From Squalus acanthias (Eukaryota), in assembly GCA_030390025.1 (NCBI GenBank), contig CM059453.1:6448001-6512000 (forward strand): a stretch of 64,000 nt of DNA. Direction: 5' to 3'. Below, piece after piece: positions 12,911-22,848 of the stretch. Positions within the stretch are counted from its first letter, which is position 1; the number at the start of each line of letters is the position of its first letter. Below the pieces are notes generated by a model that saw nothing but the letters and a program-made list of their open reading frames with translations, was not told where the DNA came from and searched no databases. A program made the translations under genes and the position numbers.

Positions 12911-13787
12911 GACTAGAACCAGCGCAGCCTGTCTACCTGTGTCCCCTTGAAAGACACGCAGAGGAAGAGACCTGCTGTAAGGAGGCCAGGTTAAATGAGC
13001 AGGCCTTACGGGAGGAGAACGCCCGCTAAACGGGTAAAGTAGACGGGCTAGAGGGGCAGCTTAGAGACATAAAGGCAGCCTACAGGGTAGCCAGGAGCAG
13101 TGCTTATGAGGATTTAAACCATGGGCACTGTAAGGAAAGGATAACAGGTCTGACCCAAGCCCTAACCAAAGCCAGAGGGATGGTTTGCTTAAGAACCCCG
13201 GGGGAATTCACCACCCGGCAGTTGCAAGCCATGGTAGCAGAGTTGCCGAAACAAAAAAAGGATGGAAATCCCCAGCCAGCAGCTGTGGCAGACTCGCACA
13301 CTGCAGCGGTGAGGACAGGGGCTTGTATCACAGAAGGGTACACTACAACAATCATGTGTGACTCAGGCACCCCTCAGTGGCCAGAGCCCTAAGAAAGTCT
13401 CCCCGCACACCACAGCCTAAACCAACCTGGTCTCCAGTGTACCAGTTTAAAGTGTCCCAACCAAAGAGGGTTGCAACCCGTAAAGAAACGCCCAAGTTCA
13501 GGGATCAGTCTGAGGACAGGGATCCCCAGCCTACAGCCTCCTGCAGAGAGGGTCTCACAGAGGCAGCTGTGAGCCAAGAACACAAGAAGGGTCCTGTGGT
13601 CTCAGGCTGGGAGGAACCCACAGGACAGGACAGGGACTCAGAAGCAGCCACACCAAAGGAAGCAGTGTGCTGTAGATGAAGGACTCTCAGGATCCTGCGG
13701 TACAGTCTACCTTATCGGCTGCCCTGAAGCAGCAAAAGGCAGAGCCCGAACAGGGTTCAGTCTTGCCGCTCGGAGACGGGGGGCGAA

Positions 13788-15692
13788 TGTACAGAGTTTT
13801 AATGTATTTTAGTGTTTTACTCTTTGGTAGTTTTAGGATTTTTAAGAATTAAGGATGTTAGTGAGTATGTTTGAAAGTTTCTCGAGAATCGATTACCTGC
13901 CCAGACAGAGAACCTTCTCGGGACATGGCTGTCTGTTTTTTGTGTCCCTACAGAAAGGAAATCGGCAGGGAAAGGACAAAGTGCTCCGGTCCCGACATGA
14001 GAAAGCATGGGATCAGCATTGCAATAACGCCTATGACCAAGTTTAGGGCGAGCCTTATTTGTTTTTATTAAAATGTATAAAATGTGTGATCGTGTATCAT
14101 TTTACTATGTATGTACTATAGTTTTCCAAGTAGTGTATGGGTGTTGGACGCCCTCCGTGCTTGGATGTGTATGAATTATTGATTCTTACCAGTATGTACC
14201 TGAAACACCACATTTAAAGTGGAATGTATGTTTTGGTTTTCAGTTTAGGTAATACAGGTGAAGGTTGACTTTCAGGGATCAGGAATTTTGTCCAACCAGG
14301 ACGATACTGTAGTGAAGGAAAAGTATCCAAGGGGGCACTGTAAGTTTTCCAAAATTTGCAGATCCGCAAAACCCACGGAAAAATAACTTTGGAACTACCC
14401 CAAAGTGATAAAAATGCATTTGGGCCTAACATAAGTAATTTAAGACCAAAAACCAAGTTTTGGCACTTTAAAATCATGTCTACGCTTGTAAAGGGAGAAA
14501 AGGCTTTGAAGGAATTTGAGGTCAAAACCTCAGTTTTGGACATTTCTGAGGATCAGGGAAGAAAAGCCCTGAGGAAAAATGACTTTGAATGAAACCCTGC
14601 AGTCACAGAAACAATACAGGCTGCGGGCAGGGGGTGGTGAGGCAGTGGACAGCTTTTGGGTATTGGGGCCCAGTCAAGCAGTCTGGAAGATGTTTGCACT
14701 GCAATCCAACCAAGGCGGATGAGCCTCATCCAAAACCTCAGAAACACATTCAAAAATGAATAATCCAAGACCCCTTTTGAATTCCCCAGGCCCAAACAGG
14801 ATGCTAGAAGCCTGAAAACAATCGGAAGCCATCAGGACAAGTTAACACCAAGTTAAAATCATAAAACTTAACGAACACCGCCAAAACCTAAGACAATAGA
14901 ATGAAAAGGCCTCAACTGAAACCTAAATCACTTCAACACGAAACCGATTTAGTAAAGCGGTTTTTTGCGAAAAACACAATAAGGCCAATTCAATTTAGTA
15001 TAATTGAAGGCCCATCAAACAGTTACAGTTCAAGTTCAACAGAAGGCAGTTCTTCAGTTCAATTAAAAAGCCTGTTTTCAGCAAGAAGTCAAGGCTGGAG
15101 TTACAGAGTTAAGGACAAGCAGGCAGAAGGCAGTTTCCACAGTTCTGCAAGAAGGCAGTTCCACAGCTCGGAAGACGACAGTTTAAACAGAGGCAGAGTT
15201 ACAGCAAGAAGTTCAACAAAAAGGCCAACAACTTCACAAGCAGACCGACACGCCAGAAGAAACCAGAGCGACTGCCTCAGCGACCATCGGACACCTCGCG
15301 GCAACAAGTGCCTTCCGAAACCTTTTACTCAAAAGACTCTAAACCCTAACTCTCAACTGTCAAGGATTCGTTTGATAAGCATTATCCCTAGTTCTCCAGA
15401 GTCCAACCTAACTAGTGAAGTGGGATTGGGAGGGGTGAAGTATTCTTCGAATGCTGATCCCCTCGCCTGTACCGCGTGTTCCCCAACCTGTGTTTAAGTG
15501 TTAAGTGTGTTTTAAGTTTGTTACCTTTTTCTTTTAATAAAGCCAAAATTCTTTCATCAGATCCTGTTGTCTACTGCATCTTTGTTCACAAGCCCTAAAT
15601 AAGTCCAAGGTGTAGAACCAGGGGCGTGGGAGGGATTCGAACCGCTCACTGAGTCAGAGGTGAGGCTGATCCCTACCACAAAACCCCCTACA
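13788..15692 (+). repeat. 3' LTR, about 1.9 kb
   Basis: TGTA...TACA termini, preceded by a polypurine tract; AATAAA at 15536. Confidence 0.82.
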
Positions 15693-16992
15693 GAGGTGAT
15701 TAGGTGGAGAACAGGAGTGGATTTAATTACAGAATTGATAATAGCGTAAAATGAAAGTAGCAATAATGAGACCAAAGGGAATCTTCCCTTTAAATGTTCC
15801 CTGGGTAAATTTACTTCCTAGAAAGTGTTTTGAAAGTGGAAGTCGCTGCCACATGGAGTAGTTTAGGTGCATTTCATAGATGAATTTAAGGGGGAGCTAG
15901 ATAAGCTCAAGAGGGAAAAAAAGAATATAAGGTTATGCTAATATCGTGAAAAGAAGAGCGGTGGAAGGAGGCTTGTTTGAGCCATGGACCAGTTGGGCAG
16001 TGTCGCCTCTTTCGGTGCTGTGAACGCAATGTAAATACACACTGTCACGAACACACATAGAAATTCTTCCCACTATACTAGCACCATCAAGAACACAGAA
16101 ATCGTGCGCTTAGTATGAAATGAAATGATATAAACTACACCCGTTGCCAATGACATTGCTGGGTAGGTCAACATGACAACACCCGGGTCCGGTATGACTC
16201 TGCCAGTATTGATCAGTGGGACTGAGTTCAGGTGGTGGAGCGCTCTGCCCGCAGAATTTCTTTCATTAGCCGGTGGATTTACCCTTTGAACCGAAATGAA
16301 AATGACAAACCAATGCACTGGGGTGTAATCTTCTGGTGCTGGAACTGAAACATTTAGAGCTGGGACAAGGAACCAGATTGCAAAAATGTTTCATTCAGGC
16401 ATTACATTTACAAAATGCGGAGAAAATACAACTTGCCCATTACGCCGATGGATTCCTATCCCTGTCCTCAGTACCTTTGAAACGAGAAAATTTTGCACAC
16501 CGCCACACGTGCTTTCTGCAGGATGCATTCCTAATTCTACCTCTTATCCCTTTCGAATCAATTGTGCACTTTACGAAAAATGCCTACATGTCGCAAAGTC
16601 ACCTCAGGAAGTGATAACGTCACCCAATTTATTAAGTAAATCATCGAAGTTCGCTGGGAAGAGAACTGCTGGTAGCTGGGATTAGACGAACACTTCTCCC
16701 AACAACCTCACAACAACAAAGTAAAAAAAAAATATATATATATCGCCTTTTACGACCTCAAGACATCCCAAATCGCTTTACAGCCAATGAAATACGTTTG
16801 AAGTGTGGTCACTTTTGTAGTGTAGAAGCATAGCAAGTCATATTGCACGGAGCAAATCCCACATACCAACAGCGTGATAATGTCCAGATAGTCTGTTTAG
16901 TGATTTTTGGTTGTGGCAATTAGGGACGGGCAATACATACAGGCGACGCCCACCTCCCAGGAACGAATAAACAATAAATTAAAAATAATATT

Positions 16993-19050
16993 GACGGTGA
17001 GTATTTGTGAGTGGCTGAAAATAATTTGAATACAGCGAACAGCTCACCAGAGATTTCTGTTGAATGTTAGTGCTGCTTGTTTTTTTCCAATTAGATAGTT
17101 GCATTTCATTTCCTGGAATCGGCGTTAAAATATAACTTTCCCTTGCCTATTTGGAGTAAATCCGTAATGTGAAATCAAATCGAGAGAGTCTAGTCAACCC
17201 ACAGCAACCTCAAAACAACCTCGATGTCTCCAATCACACAAAGTAAATTGGTCGACTCGCTCAGGGTGACAGGTGCTCCAGATGGCAGAAAGTGGTAGCA
17301 ATCTAGTAGTTGGCGCTTTTCTGAAGTTGCTTCAGTAGCACGTTTACTGGTAGCCTCATTCTCCATCTAACACTAACATTAATAATATTGCATTCCCCAG
17401 AACTGATCTCTTCACATTCATGATTACAGATTCCACACAAACATCCAAAATATTGTGGGAAACTCAATCAATGTTTTGTGTATAAATACAATGTTCAAAA
17501 TTTAATAATCAGAGGCTCCATCATTTGCACTATATATATATATATATGTTAGGTGCACATCTATAGAAGCAACATGTCCATCCAGCACAAAGGGAAGATA
17601 TTTAAAAAAATACATCAAGTATAGAAATTGAAATTGATTGTGCTTTCTCGCTGACTGAAAGGTGAGGCTCATTGGTCGGTATATTATATAAAGATAACAC
17701 TCTGAGCCTCCACCCATTCTGAAAACACCACAAGTTCTGCCAGGAGAAGTATTGTTTTGTTTTTTGTTCCTGGGATGTCACTGGCAAGGCCAGCATTTAT
17801 TGTCCATCCCTAATTGTCCTTGAGAAGGTGGTGGTGAGCCGACTTCTTGAACCGCTGTTCTTTACAACTGAGTGGCTTGCTAGGTAAATTCAGAGGGCAG
17901 TTAAGAGTCAACCACATTTCTGTGGAGTCACATATTGGCCAGACCAGGTAAGGACGGAAGGTTTTCTTGCCTAAAGGATATTAGTGAAACAGATGGGTTT
18001 TTACAACAACCTGATAGTTTCACGGTCACCATTATCTGATACTAGCTTTTACATTCCAGATGTATTTATTTAACTGAATTTAAATTCCACAGCTGCCGTG
18101 GTGAGATTTAAACTCACGTCTTCCAGATCTTTAACCAGATTTTTGGATTACATATTCAGTAACATAACTCATTAGCTAACGTTCCCGATTGAATTATACA
18201 CTCATTGGATTGAATATGAAGGTGCATCCAACGTGCTGAATTGTTACCAGTGGAAAAAAGTAATAAGCTACTAAACTGCAGTAACATCGGCTGCTTAATA
18301 TTTAACTGGACTGTGCCAGGATCTCCTCGAGAGTGTAACACCAAAATCATATGTTTCCATACATCGCAACTCTTTGATACAAACACGTTTCATACAGGAA
18401 TGTTTTTTTTAGATAAACCCAGAATAATATCAAGTTCCAGCTGTACCAGCGCTGAGAATTAGACTGATTGTATCTGCAGCGTTTGAAGCATCCACCCCGC
18501 CCAGCAAACCTCACTTTGGTCTATAATGGGGGAATCATCACTGGGAACAGGCCACATGTCGAATGCATCTCCTGGACAGTGAACAGTCACGTGGTGCAGC
18601 GTTCCCTGAGAATGGGTCACTCAACTGAAACAGTAAAACTGATCTCATATGTTGCAGTTAACGAGCACAGTGTTACTGTCAGCAAATATCAGCTCCATTC
18701 AGCAGATACATTCTGAATTCACCTGTAATTTAGATCATGTATAGATCTGGTCCATCAAGACCAGACACTAAGCAAATGGTGTTATTTGCAGCAAAAAACA
18801 ACTCAATTCAGCAGGAAAATATTGAGTTTATCTGGAATTTAGATACTTGAAGGGGAGCTGGTCCATTAATGGCCGCTCACAGACTGAAGGCTGTGGTCGG
18901 GATTATCCCTTTTAAATATCAGTTTCCCATCTGTTTGTAATTCTCAATATAGGAAGAACGTAATTAAATACCTGGGAGAGCCTCTGACCTTTAATAACAT
19001 ACATCTTTCTGAACTGATTTAAAACCTGAAGAAAATCAGGTTTCTTCCTA
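16993..19050 (+). pseudogene. Third Siglec-like paralogue relic: 3' end of Ig3 exon (16993..17065), intron, Ig4 exon (18413..18705)
   Basis: DGEYL*VAENNLNTANSSPEISVE|gttagt matches the end of Ig3. KPRIISSSSCTSAEN*TDCICS...VAVNEHSVTVSKYQLHS matches Ig4, with a stop, a frameshift and the donor mutated from GT to AT. Intron sequence aligns with 33100-34740. Confidence 0.85.
17755..18185 (-). mobile_element. tRNA-derived SINE (MER131-like core); family copies at about 49805-50300(+) and 62050-62455(+)
   Basis: Shared aaacccatctggttcactaatgtcctttagggaaggaa core and ccttctcaagggcaattaggg..aataaatgctggccttgccag tail. It interrupts the intron homology with 33890. Confidence 0.7.
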
Positions 19051-19119
19051 TGGTACTGTTAAAAAAAAATCAAACCATCGCTTCACAGCTAAACAGTGAA
19101 GTCACCCATTCCGGATGGG

Positions 19120-19890
19120 ATGCATAATATTAATAAATATTGAGAAATATATAAATGTTGGTTTTCAGAGACATTTATGTGTCCTCGTACAGGTAAATCA
19201 GAGAGTTAGCATGCAGGTACAGCAAGCAATTAGGAAGGCAAATGGCATGTTGGCCTTTATTGCAAGGGCTTGGATTACAATGGTAAGGAGGTCTTGCAAC
19301 AATTGTGCAGGAATTAGGTGAGACCACATCTGGACTATTGTGCACAGTTTTGGTCTCCCTATCTGAGGAAGGATATACTTACCTTTGAGGCATTGCAAAG
19401 AAGATTCACTAAATTGATTCCTGGGATGAGAGGTTTGTCCGATGTGGAGAGATTGAGTAGATTGGGCCTATACTTCTGGAATTTAGAAGAATGAGAGGTG
19501 ATCTAATTGAAACATATAAGGTTTAGAGGGGGATTGACAGGGCAGATGTTGAGAGATAGGACCCCTGACTGGAGAGTCTAGAACTAGGGGGCACAGTCTC
19601 AGGATAAGGGGTCGGCCATTTAAGACTGAGAAAAGGAGACATTTCTTAACTCAGATGACTGAGAATCCTTGGAATTCTCTACTCCAGAGGTCTGTGGATG
19701 CTGAATCGTTGAATATCTTCAAGGCTGAGATCGATAGAATTTTTAAACTCAAGGGGCATCAAGCGATATGGGGATCAGGCTGTAAAATGGAGTTGAGGTC
19801 AAAGATCAGCCATGGTCTTATTGAATGACAGAGCAGGCTCAAGGGGCCGTATGTCTTACTGCTGCTCTTAATTCTTATGTTCTTATGTAA
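19120..19890 (+). mobile_element. CR1 LINE 3' end
   Basis: QVQQAIRKANGMLAFIAR motif; (ttcttatg)n tail. Confidence 0.88.
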
Positions 19891-20689
19891 TGGAAGTATT
19901 TCCTCTTGTCTCTGTTTTGTAGAGAGTGTAAAACTATTGGAAAAATTCCTTCCAATCTATGTGATGTAAGGGAGCTGCCGATATAGTTGGAAGATTCTCT
20001 CTGGTATATGTATTGCAGTGGCAGTGTCCATATAGTCGGAAGATTCTCGCTGCATTATATTTTGGTGAACAATCTCCTGATCAGCCTTAGTCTTTACACA
20101 AATGGCTGCACTATTTGGGGCACGTGACTGCTGGTGACTGCAACTTAGTCACCAGGGCTGCTATTTATTACAGGTGCTATAATTTGCTATGAGGCTTTCA
20201 TCCCTTTCTATCTCTTCGTTCTATTGACCAATGCTCTTAGCACTCAGTAATCAGAGCAAAAAGTCATTATTTCCTGTGTCTCACGGCATAGAATCCAAAG
20301 ACCAATGAGAACTGCACAAGTTACACTAATTAAATGTGGCCCATTGTCCGCCTATCTCTATCATCAATGTTCTTTAATTTTCACAACATTGGTGATTTCT
20401 TACGGAAGAATGCCAACCTCATCTATAAAGAGACATTCAGTTATTAATGGTGAAGAGGACACAGATAACCCAACACACCTGGTGACTTACAGCATTGACT
20501 TCAACTGGCTGCCTACTGAGCGGTCCTGGTGTCCTCTGCAAGAAAAAAACGTCGAAGGGCGGAGGAGGACACTCGTAGTGGTGATACAGTTGACTAACTC
20601 AATAAACTGCCTGATGTTTGTACTGACTTATTGGGCTGGATATTGTGGTTGCAGTCTTCTCAAGGGCGAAAGCCTCCCAACAGCAAGTA

Positions 20690-21100
20690 AACTCTGATCT
20701 CGCTGTCCTCGGCATCGTACAATGAAGCTCAACGTAAGCTCGAGGAACAGCACCTCATCATTCGATTAGGCACTTTACAGCCTTCTGGATTGAACATTGG
20801 TTTCAACAGTTTCAGGCTATAAGCCCTGCCACCATTTTTCAGGCTGTTTATGATTCTGCCATCCCCATTTGCAACAGTTAATCTTTCCTTCCTCCTACCT
20901 TAGCACATAATATACATTTAGTTCCTTCCTCCTCTCCCCTCCCCCTTTCCCTGCCTCTGCACCTGCTTAAAATCTGTTACATCTCTCGCCTCTTCCAGAT
21001 CTGATGAAAGGTCCCAGACCGGAAACGTTAACTCTGTTTCTCTCTCCACGGATGCTGCCTGGCCTGCTGAGTGCTTCCAGCGTTTTCTGCTGTTATTTTA
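20690..21100 (+). mobile_element. Penelope-like element 3' end (second copy at about 51260-51815, minus strand)
   Basis: RKLEEQHLIIRLGTLQPSGLNI is the C-terminal motif of the GIY-YIG domain. It is followed by a pyrimidine tract and a ctgatga..gaaacgtt hammerhead-like motif. Confidence 0.75.
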
Positions 21101-21104
21101 AACT

Positions 21105-21800
21105 CTGCACCTACCTGGTGCCTCAGCACCTTCGGACTCTTGCGGCCCTGGGCCTGCAGGCGTACGCCTGCGTAAAGGCCCACCTATCCCAGGAGCGCAG
21201 GCGGTTCATAAGCCTCCCTGGGATCAGGTGGGCTAGCCCAACCTTTCAATATGGGGCTTTCCCATTATGCTTAAAGAATTCCATTTACGTACAGAATCCC
21301 CTTAAGCATCTTAGAAATCACCTAAAAAACACACTGAAATAAACATAAATCATCTCATGGTCAAAATTAGTTAAAATACAATTTACTTAAACATTTGAAA
21401 CAACAATTTATTTTTGAAAAATAAATTTAATCATTTTCAAGGGCAAAAATAACCTAAACTAACTTTAAAGATTTTTGTATAGTTAAATAACTGAAAAACA
21501 TTTTTTTAAATATATATTTAAGCCCTTATGCTTGTTAAAGAAAGTGTTACACTTTTTTTTGCTAGGCGTATGGGTTCCGTGGGGATTCGCTGGGCAGCAG
21601 TTGGGCAAATAACATTACAATGTGCAAGCGAATGTCCATTTCCTGCAGATGGGTACGATCTGAAAAGGACAATTTTGACAGATCGCAAGTTCCGTGTTAC
21701 AGCCCATGGACATTGCACGCGGAAACTCAGAAATTGCGGGGCCCTTACGGTCGCGTATGCTGTGTGTATCTAGTCATAAGCCCTGGAAAGTCCGGGCCAT
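21105..21800. mobile_element. MITE-like non-autonomous DNA element (same family as 41220-43320)
   Basis: GC-rich arms, AT-rich centre and shared gggcagcagttgggcaaata and gacagatcgcaag motifs. Confidence 0.6.
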
Positions 21801-22119
21801 TTTATTTGTGTCGCGATTTGAACTAAAGCTTGTGATATTCCAAGGCTAAACCTAGCTAATCGTGATAATAGCCGGAGGGAAATTATGGGGATTCATGTAA
21901 CGTTTGATCAGGAGTGTAGAAAATGTGATATGGATCGGCAGCCTGTTACACGCCTCCAGGATTGTAGCTCATTGATCAGTTTGCAGGACCAGTTGTTTCA
22001 ATCACCTTAAGCTATTTATTTTCTAGCGCTGTTTGCATTTATGACATAAACCTCAAGTCCGTTTAACACGTCCCAGACCTCATGTCAAAATTTGCAACAA
22101 AAAAGGTACTGTGCAAATA

Positions 22120-22400
22120 GAGATGAATTTTGGTTAATTTGGATAATTTAGAGAGCGTGTCCGTGAATGTAAAGTGTTAATTCAATTGGAAAAAAGGCTG
22201 TTTACCACAGAGTCAAACGGTTTACTGTGAAACAGCTCCGATCTATGACGTCACAGATGCATGGTGGAGCGCTTGTTAATGAAGGTGTCGAAACCACACG
22301 TCTACAGACTGCAGCAAGCTAACTAACTGAAGTTACACCTCTGCAACATTCATCTCGTATTAGCTGCCAGAAAGCTGAATGTGTGTGAAATGTGAGTCAG
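22120..22400 (+). promoter_or_regulatory. Putative promoter / 5' non-coding exon region of the intact Siglec-like gene
   Basis: Non-repetitive block conserved in reverse complement at about 60300-60520, upstream of the paralogue. Contains a perfect CRE TGACGTCA (22246-22253), an AACCACA RUNX-type site and a donor-like aaat|gtgagt near 22392. Confidence 0.5.
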
Positions 22401-22805
22401 AGGCGCCTGCAAGCGTGGATGGTGCGAATCTGTCGTAGACTTCAATTATTAATATCATAAATAACAGTGCATGTGTGTGTTTGTGCGTGAAAGAGTGAGA
22501 TGTTGTTTCTGTAGTAAGTATTCTTCAGCAACTGTTAGACATGCTATAACATCATATTTAGTAACAGTCGGTCACATGCAGCCCATGTACATGATGTGCT
22601 GGCTGCCGACCTCACCAACGGAGCTGAGGGAGTGAGCACTGTTCCGACAGATCGGTAGGAACCGAATCGGACTTCCCCGAAATTCTGATGCTGATTAGCA
22701 AAGAAATCCAAGATGTGACTGGAAAGAAGAATGCAAAAACCTAAATGGTCTTAATTGTGAACCAGGTTCCTCATTTTCAGAGTAAAATCGGCGGCTTTTC
22801 CAGCC

Positions 22806-22848
22806 ATGAGCACTTGCATGTTGGTTTCTCTCATGATATTGACCGAAG
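22806..22848 (+). CDS. Siglec-like gene, signal-peptide exon (MSTCMLVSLMILTE)
   Basis: Kozak-like gccATGa, hydrophobic leader, phase-1 donor gaag|gtacat, upstream acceptor ttttcag ending at 22780. Same 43-nt coding length as the paralogous exon 59788-59830. Confidence 0.82.

Larger units (their letters stand above)
10040..15692 (+). mobile_element. Non-autonomous (pol-less) Gypsy-like LTR retrotransposon
   Basis: Direct repeats 10040-11098 and 14540-15692 both end in CCCCTACA. PPT ggagacggggggcgaa precedes TGTA at 13788. The internal 2.7 kb has disrupted gag (MHR-like QLEWETPQAFADRL; decayed knuckle FSGCGKDGYWRKES) and no RT, RH or IN motifs. Confidence 0.85.

Noticed and set aside
14901-15497. 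198-aa ORF as a host gene
   Set aside because: It lies within the 3' LTR, is low-complexity and is broken in the 5' LTR copy.
18413-18705. Relic Ig4 exon as the piece missing from the minus-strand pseudogene
   Set aside because: The relic has its own Ig3 3' end at 16993-17065, while the pseudogene retains a complete Ig3 exon, so they are separate gene copies.
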